DNA of 64,000 bases from Nannocystales bacterium (GCA_050633305.1 JBOEGF010000013.1:32001-96000); one strand, 5' to 3'. Shown: positions 9,326 through 19,060, counted from the first letter of the stretch. Translations and numbers: made by a program. Notes: generated by a model not told the origin, from the sequence alone.

Positions 9326-10414
9326 TCAGCGGCCCCAGTAGCCGAACAATGGGGTCTGAATGCTCATCAGACTCGGCCCGTTGCCCGTCCCTGGGAAGAA
9401 TGGGAAGGCAGCGTTGCTGATGTACAACGTCTTCGCATCAAGCCCCCTCCCGAACGCCGCCGCCGTCGGGCCATCGAGTCCATCGGACGCGTCGAGGATC
9501 GTCTCAACCTCACCGTATTTCGAGATCGAAACGACCGTCTGAAAGGGGTCCGTCGTACAGTAGATCGTACCAATGAAGTCGAGCGCAAAGTCATCACATC
9601 CAGGGAACGGCTCGTCATACGCAAACACGGGATTCTTCGACGCGTCGCCGTACTTGACATAAGGAACGCCTGCGACAGGATTCGTCTTCCAAGGATATGG
9701 TGGAAGCATCGGGATCGCCACGATGGTCCCTTCCGCCGAGTTTGCGACGTAGAGTTCCCCCTTGAATGCCTGTATGCCGTTGGCCGCAGGTACCAGGTCC
9801 AGCGGATTCGTGTCCGCGAGCAACGGCGTCTCAGCCCAGACGCTGGCCGCGGCCCCGGTCCCCTGCACGGGAGCCTTAAAGACGCGCGGTGCGGCCGTGT
9901 CGGCGACGTAGAGGTTGGGTCCCCATAGCGCAATGCCGTTCCCGAGGGCATCCGCGGGTAGTGATGCGACGAGGGTGGCAGCGCCGTCGGCCGCGACCTT
10001 CCAGATTCCTCGACTGGCCGGGTCGCATGAGTTCACAGGCACGTACAGGTTGTTGAACCAGTCGACGGCAAGCGCTCCCATGATCCCGCCGAAGGGTCCC
10101 TGACAATCGGCAGGGTCCCCCAACGGCAGGACAGCGACAGTCGTACGCTGCCCCGATTCGTCGATCGCAGCAATCTCCCCTGTAAGCGCGAGTGATACGA
10201 ACAAGGTACCGTCGTAGCCAACCGCAACACTCTCGGGTGTTTCGAGGGCCTCGGAGCTAAACGCATAGACCTCATCGGCTGCACCCAATGAAAACTGACC
10301 ACTACGCGCGGAACAGTCGAGATCCTCATAGCCCATATCGTCACAACCAACACTAAGCCCGAAGGCAGCGGCGATAGAGAGTAGAGCAAGAGATGGACGT
10401 ACTGATTGAATCAC
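9326..10414 (-). CDS. SMP-30/gluconolactonase-like beta-propeller lipoprotein
   Basis: GLSVGC lipobox; TPES, GNGI, ANGI, GCDDFA, GLDGPTAAAFGR. Confidence 0.85.
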   Translation of the reverse strand: MIQSVRPSLALLSIAAAFGLSVGCDDMGYEDLDCSARSGQFSLGAADEVYAFSSEALETPESVAVGYDGTLFVSLALTGEIAAIDESGQRTTVAVLPLGDPADCQGPFGGIMGALAVDWFNNLYVPVNSCDPASRGIWKVAADGAATLVASLPADALGNGIALWGPNLYVADTAAPRVFKAPVQGTGAAASVWAETPLLADTNPLDLVPAANGIQAFKGELYVANSAEGTIVAIPMLPPYPWKTNPVAGVPYVKYGDASKNPVFAYDEPFPGCDDFALDFIGTIYCTTDPFQTVVSISKYGEVETILDASDGLDGPTAAAFGRGLDAKTLYISNAAFPFFPGTGNGPSLMSIQTPLFGYWGR

Positions 10415-11476
10415 AGTACTTCCGTTGGGCTGCGCACAAACGAGCGCCCCTGGTCAGAAGGACAGGCGGCCCAAAGGATCACCCCGCCGTGCCGATGTGG
10501 CGCCCGATGGGCCGGAGACAGCGGAAACAGGCCGAGCGCCCCGCCCCGGATTCGCCAGAACGGATACTGTCCCTGGCTGTCGCTGAGCCTCTTTGTGCCC
10601 CAATCTGTGAGATTTCCAACAGGAACGACGTTCGGCGAGATGGCGCGTTTTCGCGCCCTAACCTGGCCCAACACCACTGTGACAATCGATTGACCACCGG
10701 TCAGCGAGCATGTGGCGGAACGGCGTTCTGCGCGCTCGACCATAGCGTACGCAATACGCGGTCTCTACTAGTCCAACGTAGGGACGAATACGCATCCTTC
10801 ACGCACCACTACGACGATGTCGGAATTCCAACGGTGTCAGTTCACCGGCGGCGACACCTTGTTCTAACGAATTCGGACCCCGATGCAACTTCGGGTCCAC
10901 GTTGGAGAGAGGCTGACGGCCCCTCATCCCCGTGCTCGTGCTCCTGTCTGGAAGTCAGTTTTTCGCAACGGTGCGGATTCGCGGTCGACCGTCTCCTTGC
11001 AATGTCCAACCCGCCAGCTCTCTATCCTGACAGTTTCCGCCTCGCTCCGACCAACGGCTGAACCAGCACCGTTCGCTGTCCCCTCGCAGCCGTGCCCCAG
11101 AGGTACAGCGAGGTGGGAATCACCGAGCGACCACGACTGCGCACAGGAAGGGCATCAGCTCGCGGCGCAGCGGAGCATGGCAACACGGGCGAGAACACCA
11201 GGCCGAAGCTTGGGATCGAGGCAACGACCGACCCCCATCATGTCCGATGGACCTGGGGGTCTTCTCAGGGCGCACGAGCTCCACACTCGGGCCAAGTACC
11301 GGGCGCTCGCGAAGGCCGTGCTGTCGGCAGACTTCCTGGGCGTTCAGCGGGGCGGTCTAGACCAGGTTGATGCTGGTTGCATCGCGTTCAGCCTCCAAGG
11401 CCAGGACTCGGACACCGAGTGCCGGGTTGTCGACCTGTCCGACAGGCGAGCTGCGGGTCCTCGAGTTCGGCCTGGA

Positions 11477-11643
11477 CTAGCAGGGTGAGGAAAAAGTCGC
11501 GCGTATGCAGAACGGTGTCATCGCCATGCAGAGCAAGGCGCGAAGAGGGAGCTGGTTGGACACCTGTGACCGATGAGGAACGCAGCTATGCATGGCGAGG
11601 GCGCCGTTATGCACTGCGTGGGACTTTTTCCTCACCCTGCTAG
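11477..11643. mobile_element. MITE-like element with about 55-bp terminal inverted repeats, flanked by CTAG
   Basis: CTAGCAGGGTGAGGAAAAAGTC...CGCCATGCA versus TGCATGGCG...GACTTTTTCCTCACCCTGCTAG; first 22 bp are perfectly complementary; no transposase ORF. Confidence 0.8.
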
Positions 11644-11719
11644 GGGGGATATCCCTGACCGACAGGGTACGAGACGATCGAACCGGCAAGAACACGACGA
11701 CGTCCAGGCTGGTGCGCCC

Positions 11720-12124
11720 CTACGCTGCCCTGGCGTCGCCGAGCCACCGGTCGGCACGTGTCAGCCAGGCGAGAGCGTCGCTCTCATCCCGCGCCCAATA
11801 CATGTCGGGCTTGATTGCTCGCGCCATGATCCGCTTGAGGCCTGTGACTCCCACGGTCGCCGATCCGGTGGACAAGCCCTGACGGGCGGTGAGCACGGCC
11901 AGAGCTTTCGCCGACGCCGACACGGCCCGGGTCACGGTCGCGCCCGTGATGTCCCACAGGATGCAGTACGGCTGGCAGCGGCCCCGAATCGTGCGCTCGG
12001 CCAGCCTGAGCCCCTCGAGGAACGCGGCTTCGTCGCAGTGGCTCAGGTTCGCGTGGACCAACGGGCGTCCGTTGTGGCGTACGAGGATCACGGAAGCGGT
12101 TCTGTGCACGTCGTCTCCTGGCAT
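11720..12124 (-). CDS. STAS/SEC14 (SpoIIAA-like) small protein, paralog 1
   Basis: LWDITG, ATVGVTGLKRIMARA, DESDALAWL. Confidence 0.7.
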   Translation of the reverse strand: MPGDDVHRTASVILVRHNGRPLVHANLSHCDEAAFLEGLRLAERTIRGRCQPYCILWDITGATVTRAVSASAKALAVLTARQGLSTGSATVGVTGLKRIMARAIKPDMYWARDESDALAWLTRADRWLGDARAA

Positions 12125-12184
12125 CGACGCGTTGCGGCTCATCTTGAGACGTTCGTGCGTGATGGCGGCAAGTCGTCACGAGCC

Positions 12185-12589
12185 TCAATGGCCGGGCGTC
12201 GCAGCGTCACGCCAGCGTTCGGACCGGGTCAGCCAACGGAGCGCGTCTTCGACATCTGTGGCCCAGTACATGTGGGGCTCAACAGCGCGCGCCATCACCC
12301 GCTTGAGCCCGCAGACCCCGATCGTCGCGGAACCCGTCGAGAGTCGCTGTTCTCGGATGCGGACCGCGAGGGCCTTGGTCGCACGCGAGATCTCGCGCGT
12401 GAGTGTAGACCCGGTGATGTCCCAGAGGACGCAGTACGGCCGTAGCCGGGCATCGACGTATCTCTCTGCCCAGCCGAGGCGGACGAGAAACTCGTCTTCG
12501 TGGCAGTGGCGGAGGTCGGTGCGCAGGACTGGCCGCCCGAGGTGACTCTCGAACCTCACTGCGTCATCACGAGACACGTCGTCCGTCAC
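12185..12589 (-). CDS. STAS/SEC14 (SpoIIAA-like) small protein, paralog 2
   Basis: LWDITG, ATIGVCGLKRVMARA, DVEDALRWL; colinear with the adjacent paralog. Confidence 0.7.
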   Translation of the reverse strand: MTDDVSRDDAVRFESHLGRPVLRTDLRHCHEDEFLVRLGWAERYVDARLRPYCVLWDITGSTLTREISRATKALAVRIREQRLSTGSATIGVCGLKRVMARAVEPHMYWATDVEDALRWLTRSERWRDAATPGH

Positions 12590-12722
12590 ATCGACCGAAT
12601 GTGCGTAGAGTTGAGCACCTCGGCACAGAACACATGGTGGTTCATTTCGGGTCTACCTCTCGCCGGCTCAGCCCGATCGCGGTCGCCAAGCCACGGACCG
12701 GCGGTCTCTCCGTCGGCACCTC

Positions 12723-13847
12723 TCAGAGGCAGACCGCGTTGTTCTCGGGAGCGATCGGCGGGTCCGCGCCGCAACCGTAGTCGCTGCAACTACCAGGAAG
12801 GGAGCAGTACCAGCATGCCGCAAGCGACGGGTCTCCGTCGCAATCTGGGTCGGGGATTCCACAACCGCAGCTACAGAGTTCATCGTCGTAGTAGTACTCC
12901 AGCGGACAGGTCCAGCCGATCAGGATCGGGTCGCATGTCGCATTGTCGATGGGCGCGATCGCACTGCAGTCTTCGCCGTCGGCGAAGCAGGACCCCATGC
13001 CATTGCATTCGCCGCAAGCTGCAACGGCTTCGCTCTCACAGTCGAGATCGACCGCACCACATCCGCAGTCGCAGGTGGCACCATCGTCGTAGGCGAGGAC
13101 CTCACACGTCCAGTTCGGCGGGACGAAGCAGAGGGGGTTGTCATCAGGAACGGCGACAGCGCCCCCCTCGAAAGCGGCACCACAGGAGCCGGGCCCGTTG
13201 CATTCGTCGCACTTCGCGGAGACATCGTCGTCACAGTCAGGGTCTGGGATGCCGCCTCCGCAGTCACAGGACTCGTGGTCGTCGTACGACTGGTCGGTAC
13301 ACGCCCGTCCCTCGGGAGCTGGCGGCGCGGTGGTGTACATGCCGTCTGCGAGGTCGGTGCAGTTGCCGTCGGGAACGAGCGTGCTCGCAAGCGTCGTGGC
13401 GTCGATCCGGGACTCATCCTCCGTGGCGTCTCCGACCCCGCAGGCTCCGGCGCTCGCGCAGAACGACACGAAGTAGCCCGTGTCTTCCGCGATGACGACC
13501 AGATCTGGCGCGACCCGAATGCAGTTCGACCTCGAGTCTGAGTTCGAGCCTGAATCTGAGTCCGGCACCGAGTCCGAATCCGAGTCGCGGTCGGAGCCGC
13601 TCGTCGCATCCGAGGCGAAATCGGGCTCCGTACCAGAGTCCGAGCGGGGTGCCCTCGTCGTCGTCGTCGTGGGAGAAAGCGGACTCGAGTCGGTCACGTC
13701 CGCCGCCCCGATCGTTTCGTCGTGGCCGTCCGCGTCTGTCTCATTGCCGGAGTCGGAGACGGGTGATTCGCATGCCGCGGAGCCCAGGGCGAGAACAGCC
13801 GCGAGTGCCACGCGACTGAGAGAGTTGGGAAGCTGAGGGGGGATCAT
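12723..13847 (-). CDS. Cys-rich repeat lipoprotein
   Basis: LGSAAC lipobox, Asp-Ser linker, three CxCGxGxxDxDC repeats. Confidence 0.8.
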   Translation of the reverse strand: MIPPQLPNSLSRVALAAVLALGSAACESPVSDSGNETDADGHDETIGAADVTDSSPLSPTTTTTRAPRSDSGTEPDFASDATSGSDRDSDSDSVPDSDSGSNSDSRSNCIRVAPDLVVIAEDTGYFVSFCASAGACGVGDATEDESRIDATTLASTLVPDGNCTDLADGMYTTAPPAPEGRACTDQSYDDHESCDCGGGIPDPDCDDDVSAKCDECNGPGSCGAAFEGGAVAVPDDNPLCFVPPNWTCEVLAYDDGATCDCGCGAVDLDCESEAVAACGECNGMGSCFADGEDCSAIAPIDNATCDPILIGWTCPLEYYYDDELCSCGCGIPDPDCDGDPSLAACWYCSLPGSCSDYGCGADPPIAPENNAVCL

Positions 13848-13859
13848 GGCAACGGAGGT

Positions 13860-13875
13860 GGCCGCTCTCGTGCCG
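13860..13875 (-). promoter_or_regulatory. Possible sigma54 promoter
   Basis: Minus strand CGGCACGAGAGCGGCC (GG-N10-GC), 12 nt upstream of ATG at 13847; weaker -12 element. Confidence 0.4.
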
Positions 13876-13970
13876 CGTCAGCCTGCGAGAGCTACGCGAG
13901 GTGCTTCTCCCCACGAGGCCGTGGGGGAACTGAGCGCCGGCGCCCGGTCGACACCACCCCTACTTTCCCG

Positions 13971-14010
13971 CTTGGAGCCGATCCCGTTAACTTGGAGCCG
14001 ATTCTGCTAA
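13971..14010. repeat. Imperfect 20-bp tandem direct repeat
   Basis: CTTGGAGCCGATCCCGTTAA / CTTGGAGCCGATTCTGCTAA. Confidence 0.8.
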
Positions 14011-14080
14011 GAGAATTATCAACCGACCGAGGGGCTTTGCCGTCGTTCGTGACCTGTTCCGTCCGGGAGCCTTCAGCATT

Positions 14081-16600
14081 TCACTGCAGCCCGCGCAAAC
14101 AGGTCTCCGCACTCTTCAGCGCATCGGTTGCCCCCGCTTCGGCGAGCATCTTCTTGGAGCGTGTGCACAACCGACGCGCCTCCTCCTGGCTTCCCTGCTG
14201 CAACTCGAGAATTCCCAACTCGTAGAAGAGCAACCCACGCAGGTGAGGCGGAACGGCTTCGTTGTCAGCATCCGACTCGGCACCCGCGAGAATCGCTTCG
14301 ACGTCGGACCATCGCTCCAGCTTGCGATACGCCATCGAAAGCTGGTAGCGATCGTTGAGGACCGCGGGATGCTCGGGGGGAAACAGCGCGCTACGGATCT
14401 CGTGCGCCCGAAGAAGATGCTCGAGTGCGTCGATGGGCGCGCCATCGAAGTACAGCGCCTGGCCCAGGGACCCGTGGAGGACCGCTAAGCGCGCGTCATT
14501 CTCGCTGTACACAGGCTGCAGCCGAGCCAGGGCTTTCCGGGAGTACTCGGCCGCCCGTTTCATCTCTCCGCGCGCGAACTCCAGCGCGGCCATATTGGCG
14601 AGCACCTCACCGGCCTTGGGCGAGTCGGGGCCCAGTCGTTCGGCAAGCATCTGTTCGGCGTCCTCGAATGAGCTCTGCGCGAGGTCCACCTCACCAAGCC
14701 GAGCCTGGTTGACGCCAAGCGCCACGAGGGCGTCTGCCAGCACCACGGATGCGTTGCCGCTGAGCGCCCGCGACTGCCGGACCGCTTCCTCGAGATAGGG
14801 GGTCGCTTGGTCGTGCTCACCTCGACGGCTGTACGCAACGCCCAGCGTCCGAGCTCGCAACGCCATCAGTCCTGCAGGCCGCCCCGCACGCTCCAGCGAA
14901 GCGTCCGCGAACCGCAGCGTCTCCAAGGCCGCCTTCAGGTCCATGTCGTCCCGGCCTTCGACGAATACGAGGAACAGCCAGGCCCGGGCTGCGATCTCGT
15001 CGAGTCCCGCGCCCGCCGCGAGATGGGCCGCCTCGCTCAGCGTCCGTCGGGCGGCGGGGACGTGACCGGCGGCTCGCTGGTGCCGCCCCCAAGCAATGAG
15101 GACCTCGGCAAGCAATGGGGCATACCCCAGCTCGCGCACCTGCTGGACGAGGCTGTCCAGCCGCGCTTCGATCGAGCCGAAGCCTTGGCTATCGATGTCA
15201 GCCTCGACCCCGATCAACTCGGTCCTCAACGCATCCACACGATCGCGAAGCGGATTGGGGGGAAGGGCCGCCCAGTGGATGAGTCGCTCATCGTCCTCGC
15301 AGCTCACCGGATCCCCCAAGGCTTCCAGCGAAACGACGAAGGACCCGATGTTCGATCCATCGACCCGTTCGGCCAAGGCTTCGAGGCGCTCACGAAACCG
15401 GCGCAGGCACTCCCAGCGGCGGTCGAAGATGTCGTCGGGTATCGCCGCCGTACACAGCCTGCCCTGCACCTCTCCCCACGACGAGATGTGGACCTCCGCA
15501 AGGGCATCGAAGACCTCGACATCGGTGTCCGAGACGGGCGCGGGCGCATCCAAGCACGGCCGTGGTGTATCGGGTACGACCCATGATGCGAGCCCGATCG
15601 CGGCGACCGAAACGACCGCGGAGACCGCGATCCACCGGGAGCGCCTTGGGGACCGTGCCGCCTCGCTCAGCGCGGACGCAAGACCGGCCATCGATGCGAA
15701 GCGCTGCTCGGGGCTCTCGGCCTTGGCGCGGCTCAAGACCTTCCACACCGCGGCCGGTACGTCCTGTCGACCGGTGAGTACCTCGCTTCCGACCATCCCG
15801 AGCCCGTACTGATCCGCCGCCGGTCCTCCCTGCCCGAGTTTCAGCACCTCGGGTGCGATATAGCCAGGCGTGCCGCGGAGTTCGCCTTGCTCGCCGGTCC
15901 CTCTGCTGGAGGCGTCGAGGGCGGAAGCTCGCTCGTGGTCGCGGAGTGAAGCGAGACCGAAGTCGGCGACCCGAGCCCGGCCGTCGTCTCCCACCAGAAT
16001 GTTTCCCGGCGTGACGTCGCGATGCACAACCCCTGCAGCGTGTGCAGCCGCGAGTCCACGTGCGGCCCCTGCCAAGACCTCGAGCACGTCTCGGGTGGAG
16101 CGGGGCTGCTGCGAGAGCCACGTTCGCAGCGAGCCCCCGTCCACCAGTTCCTCGATCAGGAACGCGTGCCCCGTCGTGGACTCGACATCGAACACGGGAA
16201 CAATGTTGGAATGGGACAGACCTGCGAGGACCTGCGCCTCCTCGAGCAAGCGTGCGGCCGCCGACGCGGGAGCATCCAGCATCACCTTGATCGCGACCGG
16301 ACGATGTAACGCGGTGTCGGTTCCAGCGTAGACCAGGCTCATGCCCCCTGCCCCCAACACGCGCTGCGGAAGGTACCGCCCCTGCGCCACACCATCGAGC
16401 ATCCACCCTGGCTCGCGTTCTTCTTCATGGTCCCTCGCCGTGGAGACATCGGACGCGGGCTCGATGAGGCGCGCGAGCTGAACCAGCGTCGCACGGCATT
16501 GGTGACATGCATCGAGATGGTCCTCGACCCGCCGAACCTCGGCGTCTTCCAAGGCACTGGCCACAAACTCAACCAGCAGGTTCTCGTCGGGACATGTCAT
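14081..16600 (-). CDS. Ser/Thr protein kinase with N-terminal zf-HC2 motif, TM segment and TPR repeats
   Basis: MTCPDEN...HLDACHQC; GAGGMS, VAIK, HRDVTPGN, DFG, APE; C-terminal TPRs. Confidence 0.9.
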   Translation of the reverse strand: MTCPDENLLVEFVASALEDAEVRRVEDHLDACHQCRATLVQLARLIEPASDVSTARDHEEEREPGWMLDGVAQGRYLPQRVLGAGGMSLVYAGTDTALHRPVAIKVMLDAPASAAARLLEEAQVLAGLSHSNIVPVFDVESTTGHAFLIEELVDGGSLRTWLSQQPRSTRDVLEVLAGAARGLAAAHAAGVVHRDVTPGNILVGDDGRARVADFGLASLRDHERASALDASSRGTGEQGELRGTPGYIAPEVLKLGQGGPAADQYGLGMVGSEVLTGRQDVPAAVWKVLSRAKAESPEQRFASMAGLASALSEAARSPRRSRWIAVSAVVSVAAIGLASWVVPDTPRPCLDAPAPVSDTDVEVFDALAEVHISSWGEVQGRLCTAAIPDDIFDRRWECLRRFRERLEALAERVDGSNIGSFVVSLEALGDPVSCEDDERLIHWAALPPNPLRDRVDALRTELIGVEADIDSQGFGSIEARLDSLVQQVRELGYAPLLAEVLIAWGRHQRAAGHVPAARRTLSEAAHLAAGAGLDEIAARAWLFLVFVEGRDDMDLKAALETLRFADASLERAGRPAGLMALRARTLGVAYSRRGEHDQATPYLEEAVRQSRALSGNASVVLADALVALGVNQARLGEVDLAQSSFEDAEQMLAERLGPDSPKAGEVLANMAALEFARGEMKRAAEYSRKALARLQPVYSENDARLAVLHGSLGQALYFDGAPIDALEHLLRAHEIRSALFPPEHPAVLNDRYQLSMAYRKLERWSDVEAILAGAESDADNEAVPPHLRGLLFYELGILELQQGSQEEARRLCTRSKKMLAEAGATDALKSAETCLRGLQ

Positions 16601-16612
16601 AGTGAGACTCGG

Positions 16613-17506
16613 ATGCCGGGCTCCAATCATAGGCCGCTGGCGGCGGCATGGGTCCGAGGCCTGGGCCCGGACGCGGACATCGAACTCACGGCGGACCTCG
16701 AAGAGCGACTCCGGGGGCTGCCCGTTCGGGCCGGCGACCTCCGTGGAGAGGTCGATCTCGATGACGACGTTTTCGTGCACCATGTTGGCCAGCTCCTGAG
16801 TCGCCATGGCGACCCCATCGGCGCACTCGAGGGGCTACGCGTGGACGAGCTGTGGCTGACGTGTGGCTGCAAACTCGGCTCCCCCGCCGCGCTGCGCATC
16901 TTCGAACGCACGTATGTACCCGAAGCCAAGCGGGTCCTGCGACACAAGGGTCCGCCCGCCGATGAGGACGAGTTCCTCCAGCGATTTCGCGACCGTCTGC
17001 TGACTTCGGCCGAGGACAAACCACCCCGAATCGCGGCATTCTCCGGCCGCGGTGAACTCCGTAACTGGGTGCGTGTGGTTGCCCACCGCATGCTCCTCGA
17101 CGAGTTCCGCTCACGCGGCCAGGAGGTCGAGAGTCCCACCGACGCCAGCTCGGCGATCGCCTCGTCAGCCCCCGACCCGGAGATAGCCGCCCTCAAGAGC
17201 GCGTATCGGGACGACTTCAAGGCTGCGTTCGAGACCGCGTTTGCGAGCCTCGCATCCGGAGACCGAACCCTGCTTCGATATCGATACGTCGATGGGCTCG
17301 AAGTCCAGCAGATCGCGGCGATCGATGGGCGCCACCGGGTGAGCGTGTCGCGAGCGTTGTCCCGCATCCGCAACGCCTTGCTGGAACAGCTTCGCGCCAA
17401 CCTCGCCGAGCGCCTACGCATGGGGGCCTCCGAAGCCGAGAGCATGGTCCGGTTCATGCGGAGCCAACTCGACGTCAGCATTAGCCGTTTGTTGCGCGCG
17501 GATTGA
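16613..17506 (+). CDS. Myxococcales-type ECF-like sigma70 factor
   Basis: LWLTCGC..G.PAAL..FE, FSGRGELRNWVRVVA, sigma4-like LLRYRYVDGL..QIA..HRVSVSR, SQLDVSISRLL. Confidence 0.85.
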   Translation: MPGSNHRPLAAAWVRGLGPDADIELTADLEERLRGLPVRAGDLRGEVDLDDDVFVHHVGQLLSRHGDPIGALEGLRVDELWLTCGCKLGSPAALRIFERTYVPEAKRVLRHKGPPADEDEFLQRFRDRLLTSAEDKPPRIAAFSGRGELRNWVRVVAHRMLLDEFRSRGQEVESPTDASSAIASSAPDPEIAALKSAYRDDFKAAFETAFASLASGDRTLLRYRYVDGLEVQQIAAIDGRHRVSVSRALSRIRNALLEQLRANLAERLRMGASEAESMVRFMRSQLDVSISRLLRAD

Positions 17507-17591
17507 TCCCCCCTCAACACACACGACGGGCAATCCAGAAGATGTAGCGCGACAAAACGCTACACGCCCAAGATTCTCCGTCGTCTTCCGC

Positions 17592-18947
17592 ATGAGTACA
17601 CGTGCGTGTCGGTGGACCGACTCCTTGCTGGGCCTACTCTTCGCGGCCGGGTGCGGGGGCACCCCTGTCGAGCCGATCGACTTCGGCCTCGGAGACACAG
17701 GATCATCCACGCTTGGCGGGGGAAGCCCCGCCGGCACCACCGGCCTCTCATCGGCGTCGTCGGCGAGCGACACCTCGGGCGAAGCTCAGGGTACGGACAG
17801 CGACTCCGCGGCCCAGGACGACAGTTCCTCCGACGGGGGCTCGTCGGGTGACGACGGAACCACGGGGGACCACGGAGCCGACGGAGTGGTCCCCAACCGC
17901 ATCTCGATGGGGCACGGGCGGGCGTGCGCCATCGTCGAGGGCAATGCATGGTGCTGGGGATCCAACGAGTACGGACAGGCAGGGGACGGCACCCTCGACC
18001 CCGCCCTGTCGCCGGTCGCAGTCCAAGGCCTCCCGGAGCCCGTCCTCGCGATCCATGCCGGCTCAAACCATACCTGCGCATTGAGTGACGCAGGGGCGGT
18101 CCATTGTTGGGGCGGAAACTGGAACGGCCAGCTCGGTCGCGGCAACGCGGCGGACAGCGTGAGCCCAGGTCCTGTGGTCGGCCTCGACTCTGGCGTCCTC
18201 GACCTCTCGGTTGGCGGGAGCCATGCGTGCGCGAGACTGGACGAGGGGTCTGTCCAATGCTGGGGCTTCAACTCAGACGGACAGGTCGGGAGCGGCGGGT
18301 TCGGCAACACGGCCGTCCCAGCCCTCGTGGCCCTGGACGAACCCGCAATCGCCGTCGGCACCGGCGTCAACCACAGCTGCGCCGTCGTCCACAGCGGCGG
18401 GCTGTGGTGCTGGGGCGAGAACGAATATGGCCAACTGGGCGATGGCGGGATGCTGTACGACAACTACCCAATCCCGCTGGCAGCCGACGGGGACCCCAGC
18501 GTCCGAGGCTCCGACCTCAGCAGCGGTGGCATCGTGGCGATGACCGGCGGACTCCTCCACAGCTGCGGCATTGCCGATACGGGTGGCCTCAAATGCTGGG
18601 GCGACGGCTTCTCCAGAAGCGGTGCGATCGTCGTCCCCGGACTGAGCGCCGACATCGAGCACCTGGCGGCGGGAAGTTTCCACACCTGTGCGGCCCTCAC
18701 GGACGGCACGGTTTGGTGCGGGGGCAGAAACGTCGAGGGGCAGCTGGGCAACGGCACGACCGCCAGCACGGATGACATGGTTCAGGTCGTCGGCCTCACC
18801 GACGTGGTCGACGTCGCCGCCGGTCAGTACTCGAGCTGCGCGGAAACCAGCGATGCGATCTACTGTTGGGGCGACAACGGGGAGGGACAGCTCGGCGACG
18901 GCAGCACTTCGTCCAGCGCGACGCCGGTGCAGGTGATGTCCTGGTGA
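17592..18947 (+). CDS. RCC1/BLIP-II repeat lipoprotein
   Basis: FAAGC lipobox; repeated HxCA...CWGxNxxGQLGxG. Confidence 0.9.
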   Translation: MSTRACRWTDSLLGLLFAAGCGGTPVEPIDFGLGDTGSSTLGGGSPAGTTGLSSASSASDTSGEAQGTDSDSAAQDDSSSDGGSSGDDGTTGDHGADGVVPNRISMGHGRACAIVEGNAWCWGSNEYGQAGDGTLDPALSPVAVQGLPEPVLAIHAGSNHTCALSDAGAVHCWGGNWNGQLGRGNAADSVSPGPVVGLDSGVLDLSVGGSHACARLDEGSVQCWGFNSDGQVGSGGFGNTAVPALVALDEPAIAVGTGVNHSCAVVHSGGLWCWGENEYGQLGDGGMLYDNYPIPLAADGDPSVRGSDLSSGGIVAMTGGLLHSCGIADTGGLKCWGDGFSRSGAIVVPGLSADIEHLAAGSFHTCAALTDGTVWCGGRNVEGQLGNGTTASTDDMVQVVGLTDVVDVAAGQYSSCAETSDAIYCWGDNGEGQLGDGSTSSSATPVQVMSW

Positions 18948-19060
18948 CGCGCCTCGCGCTGTCTTCGAACCACCGCCGGTCCCCCTTCTGAACGCCCAGC
19001 ACCCCTCGGCCCCAGGAGACGCGGGAATGCTGAGGCGTTCGCTCCGGTTCACAGGATTCC

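Noticed and set aside
10826..10907. Hammerhead ribozyme interpretation of the three-way junction
   Set aside because: No CUGAnGA/GAAA core on either strand.
11050..11476. ELRVLEFGL (kinase RVLDFGL-like) and hydrophobic snippets next to the MITE
   Set aside because: No other colinear motifs; cannot support a pseudogene call.
16601..16807. N-terminal extension of the kinase ORF to 16807
   Set aside because: Overlaps the ECF gene on the opposite strand; MTCPDEN at 16600 is the typical start.
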